DNA from: Promethearchaeota archaeon
Lineage (GTDB): Archaea > Asgardarchaeota > Lokiarchaeia > Sigyniarchaeales > SOKP01
Assembly: GCA_048941015.1 (NCBI GenBank)
Contig: JBHLNZ010000003.1
Coordinates: forward strand, 32,001-96,000
Length of the DNA stretch: 64,000 nucleotides
Direction: 5' to 3'
The position numbers and the translations under genes are program-made. Shown piece by piece: positions 39,301-48,880 of this stretch. How positions within the stretch are numbered: the stretch's first letter is position 1; each line of letters opens with the position of its first letter. Below the pieces are notes generated by a model. The model was not told where the DNA came from. It worked only from the letters and a program-made list of their open reading frames with translations, and made no database searches.

Positions 39301-40826
39301 AAAATTCAATATTATCTGCAGAAGAAATTATAAAAAATCATCATATAGAGCAAAATGCATTAGATTCTAAAATTGAAAAGTTAATATCTGAAAAGGATAA
39401 TTTCTGGGAAAGTACCGAAAAAATTCAAGCTGAAATTGATGACTACAATAAAAATTTAGAAGAGATTATGGATCGAATGAGAGCACTTGAAAATATTATG
39501 ATGATTATTAATTCTATTGAAGATTTAGTCAAAGAAAATGAGGATGCCAATAATAATATTGATTTATGTGACAAAAATATACAAACTTACAACTCCCAAG
39601 TAGAAGAAATCCAAAAGAAAGTTGATGAAGTTCAACAAATCATTGATGCACTAAGAGAAGAAAAAAATAATGAAATTGAAGAACAAAAGAAATCACAAAA
39701 AGATTTAAATAAATTAAACAAAGACTTACAAAAGATTCAAGGAAAATTAAATGAACTTAACCAAAATAAAGAAAGGCAACAAAAGATTCTTTCATTAAAT
39801 GAAGATATTAAAGATACAGAAAAACAAATTGAATCGATTTTAGCAGATATAGAAAAAATAGAAAAAGCATTATCTACGGAAAACGATAAGAAACAACTAA
39901 AACAAGATGAAATAGATAAGTTTATCCAAGAAAAAGATGAATCATGGAAAAAACAGAAAACTTATCAAAAACAACTAAACGATTTAAAATCTGATCTCTC
40001 TATGGAAAATTCAAAATTGAATAATTATGAGTCTAAAAAAATTATTACTACAGACCAGATTGAAACCTTATATCAAAGATCAAAAGATTATGGGGCTTTA
40101 CCCCCTGTTACAGATGAATTATCTGAATCAGGATTACAATCTGATATCAATGAAGCTTCTAAAAAGAAAGTTGCTCTTGAACCCGTAAACCTAAAAGCAA
40201 TAGAACAATATGACAATGTTAAAGAAAGATTCGATGAAATAGATATGAGAAGACAGACAATTCAGAGAGAAAGGAAGTCTATATTGGATGCTATTGATAA
40301 AATTGAGTTAGAAAAAACTAGAACTTTTATGAAAGCGTATCATGAAATAAACAGAGAATTTAGCAGAATCTTCCAAAAATTAAGTCCTGGAGGATCAGCA
40401 AAAATGATTCTTGACAGACCAGACAAACCATTTGAGGGGGGTGTTAGTATTGAAGCAAGACCGAGAGGAAAGAAGATTTCAAGTTTAGAGATTTTAAGTG
40501 GTGGAGAAAAAACATTAGTAGCGTTATCTTTTATTTTTGCAGTTCAAGAGTTTTATCCTGCACCTTTTTATATTATGGATGAAATAGATGCAGCCCTTGA
40601 CGGTCCAAATGTTCATCGAACATCAATGGTTATAAAAGAATTCGCAGAACAGGCTCAATTCTTAGTTATTAGTCATCGAGAGGAGAATATTGTTAATGCC
40701 GATCGTATATATGGGGTTTCAATGCAACAAAGCGGTATTACTGATATATTTAGTGTAGATTTAGAAGAAGAGGCTAAGAGACTTCTTGAACTGCCAGATG
40801 TACCAACAAATATAGAAGAAAGCTAA
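36378..40826 (+). CDS. smc: SMC chromosome segregation ATPase (atypical centre, long arms)
   Basis: GFKSF, GPNGAGKSN, LQG, PVNLKAI, LSGGEK, MDEIDAALD, ISH; upstream of scpAB. Confidence 0.95.
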   Translation: MTHIKKISMTGFKSFGDRTVTIRLSSGFTCIVGPNGAGKSNIIDALTFALGRLSKKTMRAKSLEDLIFAGSRGKNPSNRATVTLYFDNSDKEFPGDSDTFEISRTIKRGGGGGYKMNGEKTTRQQILNALAAANIDPDGSNQFVLQGKIVELTHMNQEERRTFIEDLIGLQKYDEMKDATMKELEKAERDLGQFEAIFKEVSSQLKKVEKEKNDAIAWKELDEKIKHYNAQLIALKISKLRNEEQEIEVKIEESNKVIEELEERITRQEDVLKQESLIMENIQKTITEKEKEREIINENITQYKTQLSSNQTTLKLAQKSIDKLSLEIKNLETMLMELEDGQTFELLIDEKKSEISKTESLIEDSKKEIELRQQNQSELDLKIKNNEDMKSSHKAEISNIKQNISSNKAQIKLLRDSIKKNEEKRKKLEIDLNKLKGEAESIDDAIVNTKKEENEARSKIDDLKSKISEENKKQKDLENKIKDFQDQKYQLNTKLVDLQSSLSSLNTEIKMNRDRIDKLNSKKGLIENKIKELSKGKDTEEVIKDLLKEKDKIIKDLNELKKESKEEDSKYRQNEQNLDLLIMKQDSIQSEIIDNKSKIENIKTKLKLSKRELTNLEREKRDLELKVNTLKSNIKKDENEIQNLDSKKDNILRRLDDLSSEKDNLISKIENTEKEYERNTEDVTGILQILNMLTQNINISVESIKSNIQQSNAEAIETSAEDFRKFVLDIVDIMKSVEDVSEEGEKSSEMSEMLNSILQTLKLFTENVDSTIGQLIGKVKESADVEIQQSTATFDSFVQDLMEILENVYLSLRKLTMSKSQELYQQLEEISDNIGSQTNDLNNLEKSLTKLDTEKKHNTESLNLNSKRLEIVNTRVIELKNNIEKFDKEIDQRNKIIDEKLKQNFEKEILDLKRNKELYWENVSKIQEEIDLKQKNLDELQEKHQELRGIQNLFENVLEIENNIQDLNSSIEEKKNSILSAEEIIKNHHIEQNALDSKIEKLISEKDNFWESTEKIQAEIDDYNKNLEEIMDRMRALENIMMIINSIEDLVKENEDANNNIDLCDKNIQTYNSQVEEIQKKVDEVQQIIDALREEKNNEIEEQKKSQKDLNKLNKDLQKIQGKLNELNQNKERQQKILSLNEDIKDTEKQIESILADIEKIEKALSTENDKKQLKQDEIDKFIQEKDESWKKQKTYQKQLNDLKSDLSMENSKLNNYESKKIITTDQIETLYQRSKDYGALPPVTDELSESGLQSDINEASKKKVALEPVNLKAIEQYDNVKERFDEIDMRRQTIQRERKSILDAIDKIELEKTRTFMKAYHEINREFSRIFQKLSPGGSAKMILDRPDKPFEGGVSIEARPRGKKISSLEILSGGEKTLVALSFIFAVQEFYPAPFYIMDEIDAALDGPNVHRTSMVIKEFAEQAQFLVISHREENIVNADRIYGVSMQQSGITDIFSVDLEEEAKRLLELPDVPTNIEES

Positions 40827-40850
40827 ATTATTAGTAAGAGAAGGTGTTTA

Positions 40851-41864
40851 ATAATCCCTGAAAATGAAGAAAATAAAATAAAGTATAATTTTAAAGAGTG
40901 GACTGTTAAACAATTAAGAGAGTTTGCTGGAAAGAATAATATAACTATCCCCTCTAAATCTAAAAAAGTAGAAATAATAAAATTATTAAAGGAAATAACT
41001 TCTCACCCCGAATTTGTTGATAGAACTAAATCTGAAGATAAAGAAGATGAACAGGAAGAAGAACTTGAAATTGAACTGATTGCTGGAGAAGAAGAACCAG
41101 AGCTTATCAAAAGAGAAAAAATAGAATTAAAGTTTTGGCAAAAACCACCTTATTCTAGTTTATTAGATTCTGAATTAGCCAAACAATCAAATGTCGCATT
41201 TTATGATTTAGCTTCATTAGTTGATAAATTTTTTGATAATATGCTTCATGAAGATATCATTAATTACAAAATTTCTGGTATTGCGCTTAAAACTTCGGCA
41301 TCATTACACCATTATAAAATCTCAAGTATTATTAAAGAAGAAGAAGAAATACAAAAAAAACAAGAACTTGAGGAATTTAGAAGAAAACATGGCCGTACAA
41401 TTCCAAAAACTTTACCTCAACCAATTTCTCCTAAAATGATGATATCTACAAAAGAAGAATTATTTGAAGCAATGAGATCAGCAATAATCGAAACAATGCA
41501 ACAAAAAGAAAAATTAAGAAGGCGACGTTTACGTAGAGAGCAATTAAAGCAAGAAAGAATTCAAATGCAGTCAAAAGCACAATTACCTAAAGAACTTTTA
41601 AAACATATTAGTGGAAAAGAACAAACGATTGAAGAATTGCTTGAATCATGGTATAATCGCATCAAAGCAAGTATTAACCTTGATAATGAAGATACTAGCC
41701 TTTTTAGTATGGTCAATGTCATAAAAACCGAAGAAGAAAGCGATATTGGCAGAAAATTTGCGTTTGTAAGATTGTTTTTAGCATTAATGTTTTTGTCAAC
41801 GGGGAATAAATTAGTCTTATCTCAAGATGAGGATTTCAAAGATTTAATGATTAGTGTAAAATAA
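40851..41864 (+). CDS. scpA: Kleisin ScpA (about 337 aa) with N-terminal HeH/SAP-like module; non-canonical ATA/ATC start
   Basis: Frame open from 40827 to the track's ATG at 41241; the N-kleisin motif (PPY.SLLD...YDLASLVDKF...ISGIAL..SA.L...K) spans that ATG; C-terminal FLALMFL...L.Q.E.F.D; AAGGTG SD. Confidence 0.88.
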   Translation: MIPENEENKIKYNFKEWTVKQLREFAGKNNITIPSKSKKVEIIKLLKEITSHPEFVDRTKSEDKEDEQEEELEIELIAGEEEPELIKREKIELKFWQKPPYSSLLDSELAKQSNVAFYDLASLVDKFFDNMLHEDIINYKISGIALKTSASLHHYKISSIIKEEEEIQKKQELEEFRRKHGRTIPKTLPQPISPKMMISTKEELFEAMRSAIIETMQQKEKLRRRRLRREQLKQERIQMQSKAQLPKELLKHISGKEQTIEELLESWYNRIKASINLDNEDTSLFSMVNVIKTEEESDIGRKFAFVRLFLALMFLSTGNKLVLSQDEDFKDLMISVK

Positions 41865-41895
41865 TAATAATAATTTATAAATTTGAGTTGATTAA

Positions 41896-42660
41896 ATGAG
41901 TGAAGAGCATGAAAGTTTGAACGAAAATGAAAATTCAAATTCTGAGGGAGATTCGAATGAGAAACTTGAAATAATATCTAAAGAGAAATTGAATATAAAC
42001 AACCAATCTCATGATAACCTTCAAATCGACAATGAACAACAAGTTGATGAAACAATACGAGAACAGGAGAATATTTCTTTAGATGAAATTATAAAAGAAG
42101 GTGAAATTTCTCAAAAGGATGATGAAGAAGCTGTAGATGTACAATTAAAAGATTTACAAAAAAATTTAATAGAAGGAGCTCTTTATGCTGCTGGTAGACC
42201 TTTAGATATTGAAGAGTTATCAATAAAATTAGAGATTTCTAAAAAAATAGTAGAAGAGTTAGTCATGGAAGTAGCTTATGATTATTTGGAACGATCTAGT
42301 GCTTTAATTATAGCACAAATCGGAGATAAGTTCCAAATGCAAATTAGACCGGAATATACTGAAAAAGTATCAAAATTTGCAAAAGGAGGTGCGATTGCAG
42401 AACGATATTTACGAACTTTAACAATAATCGCTTTAAAGCAACCTATATTAAAATCTACTGTAATTAAATTAAGAGGAACCGGTGCTTATGAACATATTAA
42501 ATATTTATTAGATAATGATCTAATCTCTGCAGTAAAAAAAGGTAGGACTCATGAATTATCAACAACAGATAAATATGCAGAGATGTTTGGATTGCCAAAA
42601 AATAAGGAAGAATTACGAAAGGCAATGATACTACAGCTAGGATTAGAAAGTCAAGAATAA
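41896..42660 (+). CDS. scpB: SMC-Scp complex subunit ScpB with acidic N-terminal extension
   Basis: IEGALYAAGRPL, LRTL.IIA.KQPI, RG, TT.KY.E.FGL. Confidence 0.95.
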   Translation: MSEEHESLNENENSNSEGDSNEKLEIISKEKLNINNQSHDNLQIDNEQQVDETIREQENISLDEIIKEGEISQKDDEEAVDVQLKDLQKNLIEGALYAAGRPLDIEELSIKLEISKKIVEELVMEVAYDYLERSSALIIAQIGDKFQMQIRPEYTEKVSKFAKGGAIAERYLRTLTIIALKQPILKSTVIKLRGTGAYEHIKYLLDNDLISAVKKGRTHELSTTDKYAEMFGLPKNKEELRKAMILQLGLESQE

Positions 42661-42671
42661 ATCTATTTTCT

Positions 42672-43400
42672 TTAACAATTTTTTAATATAAATTTCATTT
42701 TAAAATAAGTTCTAAAACTAATTCCTAAAATTCTAAATATATGAATTAATGGATTTCTTATCAATCTTGATCTTCCATTGTTTCTTCTATAACAATCGAC
42801 AGGAATTTCCTTCACGTTAAATCCAAATAATTTAACTAATATAAACATTTCTTGAGCATAGTTATATTTACCAAAAAGCAATTTACTGAGAATTTTGCAG
42901 AGTTTTCTATTAAATGCTCTAAATGAACATTGTATATCATAAGTTTTATCAAGGCTTAATAAAATCTTGGAGATAAATATCGATAAAATCTTATTTCCTA
43001 ATTTTTTCATAAAATTTGTTTCATTTATCGTTCTATATTTGAATCTATTTCCAATCACTAAATCTGCTTTATTATTTAGTATTGGTAAAATTAAACATTC
43101 TATCTTTTTTGGATTATATTGTCCATCTGCGTCTAATATAGCTATAACATCTGCTTTATGTTTTAAACAATAGTTTAAACCAGTTTTTATAGCCTCACCT
43201 AAACCTAGATTTCTTTGGTGAGTAATTACCTTTGCTCCTGCATTTTTAGCTATTAAAGAAGTATTGTCTAAACTTCCATCATTAATTACAATGATTTCTT
43301 GTTTTATATTATGTATTTGAGGGATATTTTTGATTAAATTGGCAATATAGTTCTTCTCATTAAAAGCAGGAATCATTATAATTAAGGTTTTATTAAACAT
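42672..43400 (-). CDS. Glycosyltransferase family 2 (DPM synthase-like)
   Basis: IPAFNE, NDGS.D.T, DADGQ, GNRF. Confidence 0.92.
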   Translation of the reverse strand: MFNKTLIIMIPAFNEKNYIANLIKNIPQIHNIKQEIIVINDGSLDNTSLIAKNAGAKVITHQRNLGLGEAIKTGLNYCLKHKADVIAILDADGQYNPKKIECLILPILNNKADLVIGNRFKYRTINETNFMKKLGNKILSIFISKILLSLDKTYDIQCSFRAFNRKLCKILSKLLFGKYNYAQEMFILVKLFGFNVKEIPVDCYRRNNGRSRLIRNPLIHIFRILGISFRTYFKMKFILKNC

Positions 43401-43426
43401 AACTATAATTAAATGAAGGATAGATT

Positions 43427-46027
43427 TTACTTAAAAAAGAAGATTTTTAAATTTAAATCTTCCATCTCTTCTATTAGGTCTGGCTTCTCTTTAATTGACT
43501 CTTGTTTTGATCTTTCCAATATCTCTAAAGTTTTTATTCTTAAAGTTTGTTTAATATCTTCTTTTAAATCCCCAATTTCATTAACATGATCCCTGGGTAC
43601 TAATATAGTAATTCTTTTTATTTCTTGATTTAAGGGAATTTGAAGTTTAGATTTAAAGTTTCTTACATTCTTGATTAGTTCAATTCCTAATTTACCTTTA
43701 TCAGCAAGATCTTGAGGGATTTTATCATAAATCGTTGCCCACTTTTCTAAATGGACTGATTTTAATTTGGTATATTTTTTAAATAAAATCGAATAAATCT
43801 CTTCACTAATAAAGGGCATTATGAATGAAAATATGATGATGAGCTTATAAAATAGGTTTAATGCATTTTTTAAAGAAATTTGCTGGATTTTTTCGTCTTC
43901 CGAATAAAATTTATACTTAATTGCTTCAATATAGTTATCACATATCTCATTCCAAAAAAAAATCCTTGATTGCATGAATCCTTCATGCCAATTATACTCA
44001 TTATAATATTTCGTAATCTGTTCTAAATTTTTATTAAATTCAGTGAAAAAGTAACAATCTATAGGTGAGAGTTTATTAATATCAATTTCAAGATCCGGGA
44101 TTTGGATTTTTTTAGAATTAAGATATAAAAATCTGTAAGCATTCCACATCTTTGTTAAGAATCGGGACGAACCAATTAATTGTTCAAACCTTCTACTGTA
44201 CTTTTTATTAAATTTAACTTCTGAAAGAACTGTTTTCTCCTTTATTATTTTTTCATTATCAACTGGTTGTTTTGTCTGATTATTTATCCAAGTAAATTCA
44301 AAAGGATAATCATCACCTAGTGAACCTAAGGCTGCCCATTGTCTAATAGAGTCCGCTCCAAAATCAGGCATAACTTCATCTGGAGAAACAATATTGCCAT
44401 AACTTTTTGACATGTGTCTTCCATCCGGACCAGCCACCATTCCATTTATCATGGCTTCTGAAAAAGGAGCTTTTCCGGTTAATAATTTGCATCGAAAAAG
44501 AGTATAGAATAGCCAGGTACGTATAATTTCATACCCTTGAGGACGATGAACTTCAGCCTCTAAATATGTTCTTTTAAAAAAATATTCATCATCTAACCAC
44601 TTAGAAATAACTAATGGAGTAATACTGGAGTCAATCCAGCAATCACAGACATCTTTTTCACCAACAATCTGCTTACTTTTACATTTTGGGCAGGAGGTGA
44701 CTGGTGGCGCAATCTTGACAGGATCTATTGGTAAATCTTCTTTTTTCGGACTAATTATCTCTCCACATTCTTTACAATACCAAAATGGTATAGGGGTTCC
44801 AAAAACACGCTGACGTGAAATAACCCAATTCCAATCCAACCCATTAGCCCAATCTAGCAATCTTTGTTTATGTTTTTTGGGATACCAATTCATAACTTCA
44901 GCAGATTGGATTATATCTTCTGTAAAATCTTTTACATTAATAAACCATTGATAAACAGGTAAAAATTCAATTGGCCTTCGGCAAGAAGAACGTTCTGAAT
45001 GAATAATAATACTATGTTCATAATCTTCAATTTTCTCAATTAATCCCATTTTATCAAGATCTTTAACAATTTGTTCTCGAGCTTCTAAAATAGTAAGTCC
45101 TTTATATTTAGAGTTTTCATTCATAACTCCGCTTTCTGTGAAGATCTGAATTTCATCGAGATCATAATCGATTTTCCATTTTATATCCATTTCATCCCCA
45201 TATGTGCATACATAAACTACTCCCGTGCCAAAATTCATATCAACATTAGAATCCATATAAATACGGACAATTCGGTCAGCAATGGGAAGCTTGACTTCAG
45301 CGGCGGAAAGCTCATAATATCTTTGATCATTTGGATTAATTAAAACAGCAACACAAGCTTCCATGTATTCTGGTCGAGTGGTAGCAATGGTAATGTACTC
45401 ATTATCTCTTTCTACTAACGGGAGTTTAATATACCATAACTTTCCCAATTCTTCTTGATACCCTACTTCTGCTTTTGCAACAGATGTTTCACAATTTACG
45501 CAAAAATGAGTAGGAAACTTATCTCTATACAATAAGCCTTTTTCATAAAATTCTAAAAGAGAATATTGTACTTTTCGTTTATAATCATCATTCATAGTTC
45601 TATATGTATAATTCCAGTCAGTAGAATATCCTAACTCATCCAATTGTTCAGTCATATTATCTATATTATTTTTTACCCACTCAATACATTTTGCCAGAAA
45701 TGCATCTCTGTTATCTTTAGAAACCCCATAATTTTTTTCAACAGCTAACTCTACTGGAAGTCCATGACAGTCAAATCCTTGTGGGAAATACACGAAATCG
45801 CCCCTCAATTTATGATAACGAGCTACGAAATCAATCCAAGAATGATTTAAAATATGTCCCATATGAAGAGTACCACTTACGAATGGTGGTGGGGTATCAA
45901 TCGAAAATATTTTACCCTTTTGAGTAAAATCAAACTCATAAAGTTTCTCCTCTCGCCAAAATTTTATCCATTTCTGTTGGACTTCGTTGAATTTAAACCG
46001 CTTCGGATAAGTGCTTTCTTGTGCCAT
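43427..46027 (-). CDS. valS: Valine-tRNA ligase (archaeal type)
   Basis: IDTPPP, HMGH, WVISRQR.FG.PIP, HMSKS, PQGYEIIRTW. Confidence 0.96.
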   Translation of the reverse strand: MAQESTYPKRFKFNEVQQKWIKFWREEKLYEFDFTQKGKIFSIDTPPPFVSGTLHMGHILNHSWIDFVARYHKLRGDFVYFPQGFDCHGLPVELAVEKNYGVSKDNRDAFLAKCIEWVKNNIDNMTEQLDELGYSTDWNYTYRTMNDDYKRKVQYSLLEFYEKGLLYRDKFPTHFCVNCETSVAKAEVGYQEELGKLWYIKLPLVERDNEYITIATTRPEYMEACVAVLINPNDQRYYELSAAEVKLPIADRIVRIYMDSNVDMNFGTGVVYVCTYGDEMDIKWKIDYDLDEIQIFTESGVMNENSKYKGLTILEAREQIVKDLDKMGLIEKIEDYEHSIIIHSERSSCRRPIEFLPVYQWFINVKDFTEDIIQSAEVMNWYPKKHKQRLLDWANGLDWNWVISRQRVFGTPIPFWYCKECGEIISPKKEDLPIDPVKIAPPVTSCPKCKSKQIVGEKDVCDCWIDSSITPLVISKWLDDEYFFKRTYLEAEVHRPQGYEIIRTWLFYTLFRCKLLTGKAPFSEAMINGMVAGPDGRHMSKSYGNIVSPDEVMPDFGADSIRQWAALGSLGDDYPFEFTWINNQTKQPVDNEKIIKEKTVLSEVKFNKKYSRRFEQLIGSSRFLTKMWNAYRFLYLNSKKIQIPDLEIDINKLSPIDCYFFTEFNKNLEQITKYYNEYNWHEGFMQSRIFFWNEICDNYIEAIKYKFYSEDEKIQQISLKNALNLFYKLIIIFSFIMPFISEEIYSILFKKYTKLKSVHLEKWATIYDKIPQDLADKGKLGIELIKNVRNFKSKLQIPLNQEIKRITILVPRDHVNEIGDLKEDIKQTLRIKTLEILERSKQESIKEKPDLIEEMEDLNLKIFFFK

Positions 46028-46148
46028 GTTATTTCTAATTCAAATATTAAATTAATATAAAAGTGTATAATTAACCATAAAATTTTAAATTTTTTAATAA
46101 AAATAATGCAATTTAAGATTATAGAGGTAAATTCAAGTAAAATCTTAG

Positions 46149-46281
46149 TGGACCTGGCGGGAATTGAACCCGCGGCCTCGTGAATGCGAATCTCGCGTTG
46201 TATTATTCTTATATATACAATCACGCGTAGCAGTAGAGGTCAGATTTTGAATCCTAACATCTGCGACTAATCTACAGGCCC
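46149..46281 (-). tRNA. tRNA-Ala(CGC) with two introns: 24/25 (46228-46258) and 30/31 (46192-46221)
   Basis: G3:U70 and A73; anticodon arm CGTGA-TT-CGC-AT-TCACG after splicing; BHB helices GCAG/CTGC and CGCG/CGCG; D-loop lacks GG. Confidence 0.82.
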
Positions 46282-46386
46282 ATTAATCTTGACTAAAATA
46301 ACATATTATAAAAAATTGTATAACTAAAAATTTTTTCTTTTTCAAGGTGTTAAAAAATCAATTTTAAGCCTAAGAATTTAAAATTA

Positions 46387-48765
46387 CTAATATTGTGTTC
46401 GAGCGATTATATCATTTTGTGCAATTTCAGATAATTCAGTAAAATAGACAGCATATCCAGCAATTCTTACAACTAAACCACGATAATTATTTGGATTTTT
46501 TTGAGCATCACATAAAGTTTCTTTACCAACAACGTTAAATTGAATATGGAAACCTCCGTTCTTTTTGAAAAATGATCTTATAAGCGGTACAAATGTTTCT
46601 ATTTTAAAGTTTTTAGGATGAAAATCTATTATTATAGAGGTTCCATTAGTAATTAATTTATTTTCTAGTTTCATAATAGAATTTAAGATGGCCGTTGGAC
46701 CCTTTTTATCAAAATTGTGAGTAGGACCAATTCCATTTGAAAGTGGTTCTTTAGATTTTCTTCCATTGGCAGATGCTGCTGTAAAAAAACCAAATACTAA
46801 ATGAAATGAAGTAGAATATATTCCGGGATTATATTTACCACCTCGGTAATTATTATGTTTTAAAATCTCTTCGCAAAATAATTTTGCTACATCATGAGCA
46901 ATCAAATCAACATAATCATCATCATTTCCAAATTTTGGCACTTTATTAATAAAAATCTGACGCCACTCTTCTCCTTTTTTACCATTATAGGATCCCTTAT
47001 AATTTTTTGAAAGCATTTGAACTAATTGGTCATATGTAAGAAGTTTTTCTTCAAAAACTATTTTTTTAATAACAGCCAGACTATCTGCTACAGTTGCTAA
47101 TCCAATCAATTGAGTAGTTGTAAAATCATAAAAAGCACCTCCATTTGTAATATCAAAACCTCTATTAATACAGTCATCGATAGTTGATGATAAAAATGGT
47201 TGGGGGTTTAGTTCAGCAATTGCTCTTTCAAGATTATTCATTGTTTCAACCATCTTTTTAATAAAATATCTTAATTGTAAAGTAAACTCCTCCCATAGAT
47301 CTTTAAATGAAGCGATTTTCTTTGAGTTTTCAATGCCATATTTTCTTTTTATAAACATATCTGTTCCGTTATTTAGTGTTAATTCTAACAACTTTACGAC
47401 GTTTATTTGAGTTGCATTAGTACATCCGAAAGTTTTATGAGGATGTGCAGGTTCAACACAACCGATTGGAGCATATTCTCTAGCATCTTCGAGGGAATAT
47501 CCAAGATTTTTCAAACCAGGTATAATGACTAAATCATTAAATAAAGCAATGCTTGCGCCTGATTTAATTGCTTCCCCTGTCTTTAATATCAAATTATCTG
47601 GAGTTTTATCATGTATACGAACAGAAAATGCTGGTTGAATAGTCTTTAAATGGTTATAGGAATCTAGAAACAAGTATGATAATTCATTTGTTACATTCTT
47701 TCCAAATCGATCAATCCCACCGATTGTCAAATTTTCAGCAATTGGCGGACCTTCTCCAGCAACAATTCCCTTATGCATAACATAATTCCATAATGTACTT
47801 AATTTTATATAAAAACATTCAATAAGGAATTGAACTTCTTCATTAGTAATTCTATCATTTTTTATATCTTTTTTATAATATGGATAAAGAATTTGATCCA
47901 AGCGTCCAATACTTATCGCAAAACCCCCATCTTCTAATCCTGATATAACATGAGTAAAATAAATTAATTGTAAAGCTTCTTTAAAAGATTCTGGGGGATT
48001 TTCTGAAACATTTAAACATATTTTCGAAATTTCAATCAGTTCATTTCTGCGATCGGTGTTATTTTCTTGTTCTGCTAAATTTTTTGCGAGCTTTGAAAAT
48101 CTTTTTATATATTTTTTTACACCTTCTAAAATAATAATAACTGAACGTATAAAATTTAATTTTTCTGGCTCATTTGGGAAATATTTTAACTTTTTTTCTG
48201 CTTTTTGAATTAAATCATTAAAACCTCCTTTTAAAACGTTTTCATGTCCTGGAAAAAAATGTCCGACTCCATTTGTGATATTAACGTCGACAGTATAAGG
48301 TAACAGTACCATTAGTTCTGTTAATTCAGAGTTAAGATAATTATTGAATCGAGATTTCACAGTATCTTCTTCATTTTTCCAATAAGGTATGATCTCTTCT
48401 TTTATAATCCGTTTTTCAGTTTCAGTTAATAAAAATTTCTGAATCTCTCGACTACTGTACAGATCCAAATCAAGTTCAATTGTATCTACCCGAACTTCGG
48501 GATATAAAGGGGTACCAACAAATTTTGTAGTACGATTTCCAACTATGAACTCGTCGGTCCTAATCTGGATTGTCATGTTTGTTAATAAATGGTACATCGC
48601 TTTTGCAAATCGAAGTATTTGTGGTTCTCCTTTTGTTTTTTTATAGGACTCAGTAAATAGTTTAGCTCTCTCTATACAAATTTCGTGTGGTTGAGATAAA
48701 ATCTTCTTTTTCATTTCTAAAGTCCTTTCTTTATAATTTAGAATAAACGATTGTTCTAGTTGCAT
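46387..48765 (-). CDS. Glycyl radical enzyme (PFL superfamily, eliminase-like)
   Basis: IGCVEP Cys loop, PKFGNDD, HIQFNV, LVVRIAGY Gly loop. Confidence 0.93.
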   Translation of the reverse strand: MQLEQSFILNYKERTLEMKKKILSQPHEICIERAKLFTESYKKTKGEPQILRFAKAMYHLLTNMTIQIRTDEFIVGNRTTKFVGTPLYPEVRVDTIELDLDLYSSREIQKFLLTETEKRIIKEEIIPYWKNEEDTVKSRFNNYLNSELTELMVLLPYTVDVNITNGVGHFFPGHENVLKGGFNDLIQKAEKKLKYFPNEPEKLNFIRSVIIILEGVKKYIKRFSKLAKNLAEQENNTDRRNELIEISKICLNVSENPPESFKEALQLIYFTHVISGLEDGGFAISIGRLDQILYPYYKKDIKNDRITNEEVQFLIECFYIKLSTLWNYVMHKGIVAGEGPPIAENLTIGGIDRFGKNVTNELSYLFLDSYNHLKTIQPAFSVRIHDKTPDNLILKTGEAIKSGASIALFNDLVIIPGLKNLGYSLEDAREYAPIGCVEPAHPHKTFGCTNATQINVVKLLELTLNNGTDMFIKRKYGIENSKKIASFKDLWEEFTLQLRYFIKKMVETMNNLERAIAELNPQPFLSSTIDDCINRGFDITNGGAFYDFTTTQLIGLATVADSLAVIKKIVFEEKLLTYDQLVQMLSKNYKGSYNGKKGEEWRQIFINKVPKFGNDDDYVDLIAHDVAKLFCEEILKHNNYRGGKYNPGIYSTSFHLVFGFFTAASANGRKSKEPLSNGIGPTHNFDKKGPTAILNSIMKLENKLITNGTSIIIDFHPKNFKIETFVPLIRSFFKKNGGFHIQFNVVGKETLCDAQKNPNNYRGLVVRIAGYAVYFTELSEIAQNDIIARTQY

Positions 48766-48880
48766 TTTTTATCCCAAAATCATTCAATTTTTCTTTTTAT
48801 AAAGTTTTAAATAAACTAATAATACATTTTTTAATAAATATATCGATTAAAATATTCAATTCTAAAAGGTTTAAAATTTC

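Noticed and set aside
40824-40851. smc and the extended scpA are in the same frame, separated by one TAA (possible read-through fusion)
   Set aside because: TAA is rarely read through, SMC ends normally, and an SD-like AAGGTG precedes scpA; the frame match has a 1-in-3 chance
45964-46224. 86-aa ORF in the track
   Set aside because: Overlaps tRNA-Ala and the valS start; spurious
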